A DNA stretch of 32,779 nt from Octopus bimaculoides (lineage: Eukaryota), in the NCBI RefSeq assembly GCF_001194135.2, contig NC_069001.1, positions 30,596,427 to 30,629,205 on the forward strand, given 5' to 3'. Positions within the stretch are counted from its first letter, which is position 1. Each line of letters begins with the position of its first letter. The notes under the pieces were generated by a model, which saw nothing but the letters and a program-made list of their open reading frames with translations, was not told where the DNA came from and did not search any database. Both the position numbers and the translations under genes were made by a program. Shown here piece by piece: positions 1 to 11,622 of this stretch.

Positions 1-31
1 TATATATATATATACAGAGAGAGAGAGAGAG
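1..31. repeat. (TA)n-(GA)n compound microsatellite
   Basis: Directly visible dinucleotide runs. Confidence 0.95.
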
Positions 32-455
32 ATAAGAATAACGGTAAATGGAGACAAACGCTCAAGATGTTATTTAAAGCATTATTATCAACATATCACC
101 AACACATGTTTCGATAGATGAATTGAAATAAAACCGTTCAAATCGTCTAACCGGATTCAAGTGAGCCGACCGATATGCTTTATAGTACAGAACATTTACA
201 AACAATGTCCAAGCTATGCTTGTATTTCCCATATCTGTCCTTACTGCTGTCGTTTGTGTTATTGTAGTATTTGCTGCACTTTTCGTAGTTATTGTCTTTA
301 TTGTTGTTACCGCGCCTATGTGGATGCTCGGTAAGCAATTTTTTTTTTTCTCTATGTGTTTATTTCCTCGTGTTCGTTTTTGTCGAAAAGTAATGGTTCG
401 AAACGTAAAAGACTTTCTCACCTGCTTGTTGTTTATACACCTGTCTTCGTCTTTT

Positions 456-814
456 CTTGTGAATTATTTCACCTTCCACTTCAAAAGGAAAGTAGAGCTA
501 GAGAGAAAATGCCTGACTGCGAAAATGTTTGAGAGTCGATGGAAGAATGTAGCACGAAAGTTGCGAATAAATGGAACCACATGAATGAGACGAAGGACTC
601 ATATCAGTGGCGAGGCGGGGCACAAGGGGTCCGTGCTAAACCCGCCTTACCACTCCATCCGTAATGTCTTCCGGTCTGTCGCATCATCCGAGTATAATTC
701 GTTTTCATAATAAAACTTTTAAATGCATGTTTCTGTGAATTCATTCGTTTTCATCTGACCCCAAATCAGGTTGCATCGTTCCCTTTATGTCGCCCCTTGT
801 GGGTAATAAAAAAA
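456..814 (+). mobile_element. 3' end (ORF2 C-terminus + 3'UTR) of a diverged Tx1/L1-clade LINE
   Basis: 456-584 encodes LVNYFTFHFKRKVELERKCLTAKMFESRWKNVARKLRINGTT*. This aligns by eye with the ORF2 C-terminus at 31323-31455 (LVNFFSYHVGSKIRLVERRRLPRDMIVKRWKTVVHKLGMSDTR*). It is followed by about 230 bp of UTR ending gccccttgtgggtaataaaaaaa. Confidence 0.75.
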
Positions 815-979
815 TTCTTCGTCGTTTCTTGTTTATGTAAATTTCAACTATATAATAACGAAGGCAGCTATACGCTATATAAAATCAAAAAGGAAAATGT
901 CATTCTCACTAATTGTGACTGACGTTACTAGGTAACACATTAGCTTTCTTCCAAAGAATCTAGTGCTTTTAGCTTATAT

Positions 980-1160
980 TTTCTTGGGGCCAGCCAGACT
1001 GGAACAGTCTCAAGTGTAACCAGTGACCAGCCGAAGTTGCAGCGATGACCAGGAACTCGACTGACGGTAGAAAACCCCGATTGACCCGTCCTTGTTTTTC
1101 CTGTCCTTCTTTGTACCGTCTAACTGTCGGGATGTTTGTTGTCGCCTGTTACGTTCTTGT
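980..1160 (+). repeat. Dispersed repeat fragment, probable LINE 3'UTR
   Basis: 1056-1115 (ggaactcgactgacggtagaaaaccccgattgacccgtccttgttttt) is homologous to 25381-25430 (ggatctcgactgaagagagaaaactccgaatgacctgtccctgtttt). Confidence 0.5.
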
Positions 1161-1196
1161 TCCATTTTTTTTGTTTTACTTTTAATACATACATAT

Positions 1197-1426
1197 TCTT
1201 TATTGCCCACAAGGCGCTAAACATAGAGGGGACAAACAAGAACAGACAAACGGATTAAGTCGATTGCATCGACCCAAGTGCGTAACTGGTGCTTTATCTA
1301 TCGACCCCGAAAGGATGAAAGGCTAAGTCGACTTCGGCGGAATTTGAACTCAGAACGTAGCAGCAGACAAAATACCGCTGAGCATTTCGCCCAGCGTGCT
1401 AACGTTTCTGCCAGCTCGCCGCCTTG
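1197..1426 (-). mobile_element. Full-length tRNA-derived SINE (family 1, tail type 1) with 13-bp TSD
   Basis: Minus strand: head aaggcggcgagctggcagaaacgttagc, B-box-like gagttcaaattcc, core gtcgacttagcctttcatcctttcggggtcgat, tail gtttgtcccctctatgtttagcgccttgtgggcaataaagaa. Flanked by the direct repeat aatacatacatat (1184-1196 and 1427-1439). Confidence 0.92.
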
Positions 1427-2103
1427 AATACATACATATAGCGATATACGAATACTTTTCTCGCCTGTGTGTAAGTATATACATATATTTAAATTCCTTA
1501 CGACCTTTTTACGCTTTCCTTTAGCGCCTCCACACTTTTTCTTTCTTTCCACTTTTCTTTTCCTCGCTCCTCCTTCTCAAATTTCTTGACCTTCCCTTCA
1601 TTCCAGCTGCCTATTGACACACTATCTGTGCCCTAACAGTATTTGCAAAGGGAAGTCATTGTTCACATCTCCAGCCTGACGTGATACACACAGACCCGTA
1701 TTTCTGTTGATTCATTGGTGTAAGGAGACTTTTGAACACCCAGTGTTTTGATGTAGTTTTCTCCTCAGACAAAGTATCCAGGACTCAGTGTTTGTGGCAA
1801 TTGTTAATAACTTCAGCAAATTAAGTATTTGCCTATCCACGATGACATTTGCCAACTGACAATAAATTGTCCTGACCAAGGTGAACCTGAATCTTCGTAT
1901 GTTTCGGGAGATTCGAGCACGTATATAATAAACGACATGTTATATCGTCATTGAAAGACGAATATACCTTTTACGCGAAATATGTGTGGAGTTCATTTTT
2001 GCCTAACGTATGTAAATTGATATCAACATGTACACGCATTAATGAGTCTACTAGACAAATGTGTGGGTGTATGTATTCATACATATGCATAAATATACAT
2101 AAA

Positions 2104-2107
<4 letters not shown>

Positions 2108-2140
<33 letters not shown>

Positions 2141-2192
2141 TATTGTATATATATATATATGTATATATATATGTATACATACATATATACAC

Positions 2193-2255
<63 letters not shown>

Positions 2256-2280
2256 CAGATAGACAGACAGACAGACAGAC
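2108..2280. repeat. (TA)n, (GATA)n, (GACA)n microsatellite block
   Basis: Directly visible; explains the YI/YLSI pseudo-ORFs at 1951-2282. Confidence 0.95.
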
Positions 2281-2713
2281 ATGCAGATATTTATCGCAAA
2301 ACATTTGTTATTGTTTTTATATACGCTGCTATTTCGTATAGCAAGTTATAATATTTTCATAAACATCCATTATAAAGTCAGCCTAAGGCAAATTTAAAGT
2401 AGAGCCGAGGTGAGATGATATTTTTTCATCAATTTTCTAAGGAACTTATGTTTCCAAATAATAAATTCCTGGATACTTTTCAAAATTTTCAATTATTGCT
2501 TTCTGTGTATTTTTTTCTTTTTCCTCTGACTTTAGTTTTGTATCCGTAAGTGATGAAACTAAAGAACAGATTAAGAATAGAAAATGCCAGAATTTCATAA
2601 CTTAGTGGAAAATTAATCTCTAAATCTGGATAAAGAATCACTCAAAGTACACATGTAGACATATACTCTCATATCCACATATATACATGCATACACACAA
2701 GAACACACACTCT

Positions 2714-2758
<45 letters not shown>

Positions 2759-2821
2759 TTCTATTTCTAAAATGTGTATGCATGTATTTAAATATTATAA
2801 TTCATATAAATNNNNNNNNNN

Positions 2822-2871
<50 letters not shown>

Positions 2872-4033
2872 TTATATTTATCTAGTATGTGGGAATGTAT
2901 TTAAATAAGTAAATTATATACATATATATTACACACAACGACATCCACACGCACACATGCATCTATATATAAATATAAGCGTATGCACAGATGTCCGCCT
3001 CTATGTAAGTTTATGGCTTCTTAGTGTCTGTGTGCACGTCTATGTGTTTGTGTGCATGTGTATGTATGTGTGTGTATGTGCGTGTACTTTGATGTGGGTG
3101 CGAATGAGTTGTTCTGATTTACTTAAATCTACCTGCAGTATAGTTTTTAACTTATCCTAACTTATTCGTTAGATTTGTCTGACTTATCAAATTTATTTAG
3201 ATTTAGTTTTAGTTTTGGCTTAAGTTTCTAGCGAAAGCGCTCTAAGCAATTTCTGAGAGAAGTGCTGACTAAAAGAAAGAAGGAAAAAATCTGAACACCA
3301 CAGAACATGCGAAAGAGTTTTAAAACTTAATATTCTATTATAACGTTTAATTATTTATACTTAGGTACAAATAATATATACTCTATTTTTTTTAAATTTC
3401 ATATAGAAATAAATTTGTATATATTTGTGTTTATAGTTTTATATAATCGCATGTTTTATAGAATATTTTGTGCGATGGATTAAAATGGGCTTTCAATATA
3501 GATTCATCGGTCCCTGCTGCTCTGAGATCAAGTCCAACCTTCTATAATTTGTTTCGTTCATATTCAAAATGTTAAGGTAATTATTAGAAAATATATTATA
3601 AATTTTGTTAATCATATAGAACGTATTTCACGTGAAATTTCAGAGGTCTGTATTAAAGGTTAGTAGTGATCTTTGGAGATTGCATGAGGCTAAGGATTTT
3701 GCAAATCAATTTTTCACAATATAAAGTGAAATGTTAATTAGTTAAAAAGGAATTGATAAAATATATAATACTGAAATCTTATTGTGGGCGCTATATTGGT
3801 GGAATGTTGAGGGTTAACGAATTAAGGTTTATATCATATAGATATATAGATGTATATATATAGATATATAAAGTAAACAGAAAATCTTTTTAAGAATTTA
3901 TCAAGTAGTGAGCGTGAAAAAATCTCATAATGGAAAAATCCATCATTTATTCCCTATAAATATATTTATTTATATAAGGGCATTGCTACACATAAATGTC
4001 TCACGCTAAGAGGGATTCTGAAGCCAAACTACC

Positions 4034-4084
<51 letters not shown>

Positions 4085-4176
4085 GCGCAATGGCAAGCAA
4101 GATATCTGCTGATACATCAATATGCAATATATTTAAATCATAAATTGATCGATGGTTGGACTTTTTTTATTACTCT

Positions 4177-4414
4177 GGTCACTGCCTGAATAATAATAAT
4201 AATGATGATAATACTAATACTAATAATAATAATAACAATGAAATATACCTTCGGAATGAGAGAACCCAGGTTCGAAATTTCTCCAAAGTACCTGATGAAG
4301 ACTGGAGGGTATAGCAGCCGAAACGTTGTCTTAACAACGAACAAGATGAGGACAAATATCCGTCAAATGTAAATAATGTACATAATTCCTCATGTCATAA
4401 ATATAGAACTGTAA
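4177..4414 (+). mobile_element. Dispersed repeat with hammerhead-like core (Penelope pLTR-like / retrozyme-like)
   Basis: Closely homologous to 27011-27274: shared ggtcactgcc, gaacccaggttcga, ctgatgaag...cagccgaaa, aacaagatgaggacaaatatccgtcaaatgtaaataat. Confidence 0.75.
4286..4332 (+). ncRNA. Minimal type I hammerhead ribozyme-like motif
   Basis: CTGATGA at 4292-4298; stem II gactg/cagcc (ggctg/cagcc in the second copy); GAAA at 4320-4323; palindromic AACGTT stem III with GUU triplet; stem I aag(t)ac/gtctt. Confidence 0.6.
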
Positions 4415-5655
4415 TATCAAAAATTGTTCTAAACGTATATATTTGATCATAAGTTTGAGGAAAACAGGTGAATAAGTGAGATTGAAGTAAATCATAGACA
4501 AGTTTTTCTCCTATAACATCTATTTCAAACAAATTCAAATTGCATTCTATCGTTTTATATTTAGAAGGATGTATTAAACAATATAGATCTAGATATACAG
4601 TATTTGTATGAAAGGGGGAACGGCCGAAACTACAACACATTTGATGGGAAGTCGTGCCCGATCGCTTCTGACAAGAGACTTAATGATGTTAATAACAACA
4701 GCAGCGGCAAGAGAAACATCATCGGTCGCAGTAACAGCAATTAACTGAGGCAACATCAGCAATAATAGGAAGCTTAACAGCAAAGATGTCATTAAGGTTG
4801 TTAATTTTTTTTTTTTTTTTTAGATTATAAAAGAGGTGATGAGAATAAAACGGTAATTGCTACAATAAAATTAATAATAATAATTATAATGATAATAATA
4901 ATGATGAGAATTATCATGATGAAAATAAAACAAAAGAAGCATGTAACAAGGGGATGCGATAATAATTATTGTTATTTTATTATTATTATTATTGTTATTA
5001 TAATAAACGGATTTCATATATAATAATAAAATACAGTAAAGTTACGAACAAAAAAGCGAATAAAGAAGTAAAAAACAAAAATCTGCAATAATCGGATGTT
5101 TGCTGAGATAAACGGATGTTGAGTAAAGAATTGTACACGATATTGACAGCTTCACATAGTTGAGAAAAAAATATATGATAGAACAAGGAAAAAAAAAGAA
5201 TGAGTAAAAATATGAAAAATATAAAATCGAAGTGACAGTGGAAAATTAGAAGAAAACGTTAGACAATAATTCCGTAGACAATAACAATATAGATGAAAAA
5301 AAAAAGCAAAACATCGTTAAATTAAATACACACATGCGGAGGCGTTCAAAGAAATCTTTAACTGAATACAACACCTTGTTGATCGCAAGGAAAATATTTA
5401 TTTGTTGCACAATTAGAATATCGCATTATTGTTTCACCGGGAGGAGAATTGCTGGTAAATTGGCAAAGTTAATAGAGCACCAGCCAAATTGAAAGAACTT
5501 CAGAGAGAATGTATAACAGTATTTGTTGGCACGCTCTCTGCGCGAGGTTCGAACCTAGTGGAGGTCAACTTCACATTTTATTCTTTTTGGTTCGATAAAA
5601 TAATGCCAGTTTCCAGGCTTTGATCGATATAAACGATATCATCTCTCCCACTAAT

Positions 5656-5930
5656 GGCGCGCGGCTCAGTCGTTCCACTGTTCGCTCACAATCGTCTGGT
5701 CTTGAGTTTGATTCCCGCCTACGCGTTGTGTCCATGTGCAAGATATTTTTATGTTGCTCCTGTCCCCTCAGCTAGTAAAAATGAGTGGTAAATGTATATC
5801 CGAGTCATACTGAATCTCCCTGAGAACTAGGTTAAGAGTACGCGCGTTTACTCACCTACATGCTCGTTAATTTCACGAGCATGCTGGAACTCCCCTCCTC
5901 GTATCCGGTGGAATGCCAGTTTTTTAACCT
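5656..5930 (+). mobile_element. tRNA-headed SINE, family 3 (degenerate)
   Basis: Head ggcgcgcggctcagtcg, B-box-like gagtttgattccc, then cgttgtgtccatgtgcaagata...cctcagctagtaaaaatgagt. End coordinate approximate. Confidence 0.55.
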
Positions 5931-5977
5931 CTCACCTAACAATGCTGACCTTGAGAGTCAAAATGCGATTTCAAATG

Positions 5978-6115
5978 AGGTGAGCTGGAAGAATGGTTAA
6001 CGCATCGGACAAAATGTTTAGCGGTATTTTCTCCCGTTCTTTAAATGCAGAACTCAAATCTCAGCGAAGTCCACTTAACCTTCCAAAATTCCCACTAAAT
6101 CGCTTTGTGAAATGA
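5978..6115 (+). mobile_element. Old SINE family 1 fragment
   Basis: gagctggaagaatggttaacgcatcggacaaaatgtttagcggtattt matches the family 1 head. Confidence 0.7.
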
Positions 6116-6268
6116 ACAGGTCCTATCTCCAACAACAGATATCTCAAAAATTGAAGAATGGGTCCGAGTTAAGCCGCTGAGAACGCTGATTGTCTCCGTC
6201 AACACTGCCCCAGTGGTAAAGAGAAACATAAATGAAATTTTGAAATAAATTATCGTATAATACATTCA

Positions 6269-6325
<57 letters not shown>

Positions 6326-7412
6326 TTAGGGTCAGGTCCCTTCGTGCATATCTGTATCAGAAAATAATCTTAACACGTTTGAGCGAATCTTGAGGTGGAG
6401 ACGTCTTGAAATATCTTTCTATGACAGTTTACGCAGTGAAATAAAATCACGGCCTACTGAATCGTGTGTACAATTCACGTTGTGTTTCTTATTTGCCTAA
6501 AGAATAAACATTACATTTCTTAATCGTCTTTCTCTCGGAAATATCTGCATGAATGAAAATTGCACGTTCTGTAAGAATAACAATAAATCCTTCGCAATCT
6601 AAATCCCATAGAAAGAAAGAAAGAAATATATATATGAACAAAACTTTTTGCAATGATACCATATCAAGCCACACAGAAATCCAATAATTCATGCATCAGA
6701 AATACGTGTGTAAGTGATTAGTAAGGACACGTGCAGTGCATGCTGATGGAAGCTTCTAATGTGATATTCTCTCTACTCTTGTCACAAAGCTTTTCAATAT
6801 GTGTCTCTTTTCTGTATTATTTATATATTAAATATATTACTATGATTTACATGCTAATGACTAAATCCAGCGCATTTGCTCGACTTCCTCGGAAGAACAA
6901 CCCAATTTCTCTATAATCGCATTATACTACCTTTGGAAATATCCAAGTGTATACAAAGCAGTGTAATCCTGAAAGCATACTGCGTTTCAAAAACGTATAG
7001 TCACTCTTTATATGTATTTGATCATTCATGAGTTTAATTATGTCTGGCCAAAGAAAAAAGCAATATGATAATTAGCAGCAGCTTTGCTTTATATATAGCT
7101 TCACAATTTTCATATCGTATGTCCTTATGTTAATTTATAATAGCAGTGAGTTCCATATTTACTTACCGTTATATTGTGATCAAATTTATAAATCTACATT
7201 AGTCATAGATTAATGGTGATTACCATAGAGGTGTAATTGAAATGGTGGAAATACACAGGACCATAATTAGTAGAAGTGCAAGAATGCACACGGTTTCACC
7301 TACAAGATTATATTCAAATGTACATGTCATAACAGCGTAATAGCTTTGCCATCATCTTCATTGGAAATTAGCCAAGCAGCTATTAATGTTGTAGTCATTG
7401 TAACGGAAGATT

Positions 7413-7752
7413 GCTGGCAGAATCGTAAAGCACGCCAGACAAAATGTGTAGCGGCATTTCGACCGTCCTTACGTTCTAAGCTGAAATTCCGCTGAGGTCG
7501 ACATTTCCTTTCATCTTTCCGGGGTCGATAGTATAAGATGCATTTGATTAATGGGGCAAATGTAATCGACTTTCACTCTCTTCCGAAATTGCTGACTTTC
7601 TGACAAAATTTGAAACCACTATTGATGTCATTGTGAAGGCGGATCCGTAAAGCACACCTGGCAAAATGCTTAGAGGCCTTTCGTCTATCTTTACGTTCTG
7701 AGTTGAAATTCTGCTTAATTATTGGCCTTGTGCAAAAAATTGAAATCAATTC
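7413..7752 (+). mobile_element. Two degenerate SINE family 1 copies (7413-7572, 7636-7752)
   Basis: gctggcagaatcgtaaagcacgcc...gaggtcgacatttcctttcatctttccggggtcgat. The second copy ends ggccttgtgcaaaaaatttgaaatcaatt (tail type 2). Confidence 0.75.
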
Positions 7753-8989
7753 CTGTCATTAAAACAAGTCATTATTAGTCGAGCAGGCATAATTTCAAAG
7801 ACGTGCCAGCTATGATAACATCCTAGCCACTGTTGTTCCTGGAGCTACTTTGATCCGGGGTATTTACACCTGTCTTAGTCCTAGCTATAAGTTAAATAGC
7901 ATGTAACCACCGGAACCAGGTTGCGTTGAACACACGGGACGTAGCGAGGTAGAAGTGAAATACTTCGGCAGATAAGCTAATTGAGTTAGTGAATATAACT
8001 ACACGATGAGTGGATGAACGCACAATGAACTCTGAACAACCGGGACCAACTAGTATTAGTGAGCTTATGCTAGTACTTGTAGTCGTGGAAAGCACTCATG
8101 ATATATTTCAGCAAGCAAAAGATTAGTGCAGCCCAGGTCAGACATTTGTGTCTCATTGATCGATTGAGACGTCTGGTTTTGGACAGGAGATGACTGAGAA
8201 CAATCTAAGTAAATCCTATTTGATCTCAAGTGCATCACACCCAAAGCATATTTTGATCATGTCACAGGAGAGAAAAAAAATATGCGGTATCAGTATAGAA
8301 GAATTATAGTAAAAATTCTGCGCAAAATTGTGCATTAATAACACGAGCACGTGTACTCTTAGTAAATAGTCTGCAATTAAAAATAATATTTGTGTTGTTA
8401 TTAAATTTTGCTTCTCCATAACAGGAACATATTTTATTTTGATTTAATTTGTATGGAACATTTGGGAAATCTTGTCATTTGTTTAAAATTTCATTATTTT
8501 AAATATATTGTCTTCATTTGTTTGAAATTATTATACATAAATCATTATTTATATTGATATTTATTAATTGAATAATTGCAATCTTGCGTTATTTTAGCAT
8601 CCGCTTTCAGACTACGCTTTATCTGTCAGAAACTGCAGGTAAATCTCTTTATAAACACAGCCATCTAACATAAATAGTAATTATGTACTTTAACAGCAAG
8701 AAAAATAACAGAAATACAAAATAATTGGATAGCATCCCATATGTCTGCCACAAAGAACAACACAAAATATGGGGAAAATTCAAAAAAAATATTCAAACAA
8801 CCAGGAACAATGAGAACAACAACGCACAAATAGAGTATGTGACAAACATACAACTACACAATAAGGAATGTGAAACAAATGACCGACACAATATAATTCA
8901 AACATGAGAACAACACTCAAACAGTAATATTGATTTCAGGTTTTGGCGTAAGGCCAACATATTTAAAGCTAAGAAGATTAAATTAACCC

Positions 8990-9369
8990 TTGTACTCAAC
9001 CGGTGCTTCTTTTATGAAAGAATGAAAGACAAAGTCGACTTTGGTGGGATTATAGTGTAGAACGTAAAAAGCGGAAGGAATGACGGCAATCCTTTTGCCC
9101 GGGTTGCTAATGACTCCATCAGTTCGTCGCCTTACGAGTAACATTAACATTGATTTTAAATGTGGCACAAGGACAGGAGATTCGGAGAGAGAGAGAGAGA
9201 AGTCAGTTAAATCGACCTCACTGCTTAACACGTACTTATTTTATCGACTCCGAAAGGATAAAAGTCAAAGTCGATCTCGGTGCAATTTGAACTGAGAGCA
9301 TAAAGACAGACGGAATGCCGCAAAACATTTCGCCCGGCGTACTATCGATTTTGTTAGGTCGTTGCCTTA
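8990..9369 (-). mobile_element. Two degenerate SINE family 1 copies (8990-9134, 9201-9369)
   Basis: Plus strand shows the reverse-complement core (aaagtcgactttggtgg; ttatcgactccgaaaggataaaagtcaaagtcgatctcgg) and head ends gcctta. Confidence 0.75.
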
Positions 9370-9738
9370 CGTGTAGCATTAATGTTAATAACACAAAACT
9401 ACCTTTTTTTACTGGTCCTGATAAATTAAAGTCGAAGCTTCATATTACATTATTATGATGCATAGTAAAATATTTTTCGAGATCGTTAGTATAGTTAACG
9501 AACGTTATTACTAATTATAAGCAATTAATCAATGAACGAACACCTAAATTTCAATTAAGATGGGGCGGGGCACTTCTCTAAAATTATTTGCTGCAAATCA
9601 TGCAAAATTTCGTTTGGTTTAGCTCACAGATGAAACTATTCATGCACGGACCTGTCATTCAAGAGTTCAGTGCAAAATGCCGTGATTAAATTTGAAGTAT
9701 GTTTTAATAATATCATATTGAATATAGTGACGTAATTC

Positions 9739-10007
9739 AGGCGGTGGTCTGGCAGAATGGTTACCGTGCCGGACAAAAAGATTAGCGACATTTCTTTCGA
9801 CTTTACTTCCAAGTTTAAATCCTGCCGGGGCCGACTAGTTCAAATGCATAGATATCCACTTACAAGATGGTGAATTAGTAGTGTAATAAGATGTTAGGCA
9901 AAAGCTTTGTCAGTATTATGTTTAGTTCTCTACGCTCTGAGATCACTATTCGCACACGTCGGCTCTGCTTTTCATGCTTCAGGGATTGATAAATGAGTGT
10001 ACCAGTG
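9739..10007 (+). mobile_element. Degenerate SINE family 1 fragments
   Basis: aggcggtggtctggcagaatggttaccgtgccggacaaaa at 9739; gcttttcatgcttcagggattgataaatgagtgtaccag near 9967-10005. Confidence 0.6.
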
Positions 10008-11254
10008 TTGGGCAGTGGACAAGTAGAATTATTAGAGTAGAGAATGATACAGTTTGCAGTAATCCTTCATTTAAAACGCGGTATAGCCAGTACTTGAATT
10101 CGATTCCATGTATAGACTGATATAAATTCGACAACTTTTTTTTTTATTTGTGTTTACATCACTTCTATATATTCTGCAGTATCAGCAATAGTATCTATCG
10201 CGGCTCTATGTCTATATAATAAATAGATTCTATTTCTTATCATCTTACTCTATGGAAAGGAATGAAAAAAGCATAGAAATCACCGAAACATACATTTCCT
10301 TAGAAATTATAAGCGATTAGGTTGACCACATCACTTGGCTTGTGTTTATTTTATGAATTTAAGCAAGAACTACGACAAAAGAGCTATGGCTTGGATTTCA
10401 AAGAGAATTCAACGTTCTACTCTTAAATTATTTACGGTATGATGCAGCGTGTTCTACGAATACCACGGATTGTATTAGGTCAACTGAGTTATGGATAAAT
10501 GTCACAAGTACTATGCTGGTACTTGGAATTAATATGTAAATGAACACAACAAAATACGTCGATTACCGGTTGTTTGCATCAGAATTCAGTGCATATTTTT
10601 AAATATCTATCTCAGCCCGTCGATGCATCCACCTGCCTTCCTCCTCTCTCTCTTCTATCTCTCTCTCTACATACCTACCTACCTATCTATCTACTCATCT
10701 ATCGATCTATATATCCATCTGCCTAGACATCTATCCGTATATCTTTTATTTTCATATATCTATCTAGCTCTCTTTCTATCAGACGAAATATCTAATCATA
10801 TATGTCCATTCTCCTGTCTATACGGTAAACATTAAAATCTAATCGACAACAGAAGCATCTATCATCTTATATATTATTTCCATAACTAGTTATTTTATGT
10901 ATTATGCTTCACATTGATGTCAGACTCACATAAATAATTCCATAGATTGAACAACGGCCATGCACTTTTAGATATTGATGGTACGGATTCCTAATATAAT
11001 AAGTACAAGTTTACATATTTGCAGAAATGGAATAATATATCAATGTGACTTAAAGCTTAAAGTTTCGAAAGTAAATATCATAATGTATAATTGTTTCACA
11101 CCACACCGTTCTTGCTTACGGCCACATCATGCTGATTCCACTGGTTCTCGTCTGGTTTACCGAAGTCAAGATAAGTCGAACCTACTTAGTATTTATATGG
11201 GTGATCACTGCAAGCATCTCACAAGGTGGAGAGCTGGCAGAATGGTAAGCAGCA

Positions 11255-11480
11255 GAGCTGGCAGAATCGTTAGCGTGCCGGGTGAAATGCTTTGCGGTAT
11301 TTCGTCTGCCGCCGCGTTCTGAGTTCAAGTTCCGCCGAGGTCGACTTTGCCTTTCATCCTTTCAGGGTCGATTTAAATAAGTACCAGTTACGCACTGAGG
11401 TCAATATAATCGACTTAATCCGTTTGTATGTCCTTGTTTGTCCCCTCTATGTTTAGCCCCTTGTGGGTAGTAAAGAAATA
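11255..11480 (+). mobile_element. Young SINE family 1 (tail type 1) nested in a SINE head, 16-bp TSD
   Basis: Perfect direct repeat agaatggtaagcagca at 11239-11254 and 11481-11496 flanks a near full-length copy ending gccccttgtgggtagtaaagaaata. Confidence 0.92.
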
Positions 11481-11533
11481 AGAATGGTAAGCAGCATTTC
11501 CTCCGTTTTTAGTTTGTTGGTTCAAATGCCACC

Positions 11534-11622
11534 GGGGTCGACTTTGCCTTTCATCCCTTCGGGGTCGACTTTGCCTTTCATCCCTTCGGGGTCGACTTTG
11601 CCTTTCATCCCTTCGGGGTCGA
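11534..11622 (+). repeat. Perfect 27-bp tandem triplication of the SINE core
   Basis: ggggtcgactttgcctttcatcccttc at 11534, 11561 and 11588, plus a partial ggggtcga at 11615. Confidence 0.95.

Noticed and set aside
1951-2282. ORFs with YI/YLSI/CV repeats (also near 14.4, 17-19, 23 and 25.9 kb)
   Set aside because: Translations of microsatellites or N gaps; no coding signal.
7163-7300. Minus-strand exon-like segment (tag|GETVCILALLLIMVLC...|gtaagt)
   Set aside because: Stop codons occur in all frames before the donor, and there is no supporting homology.
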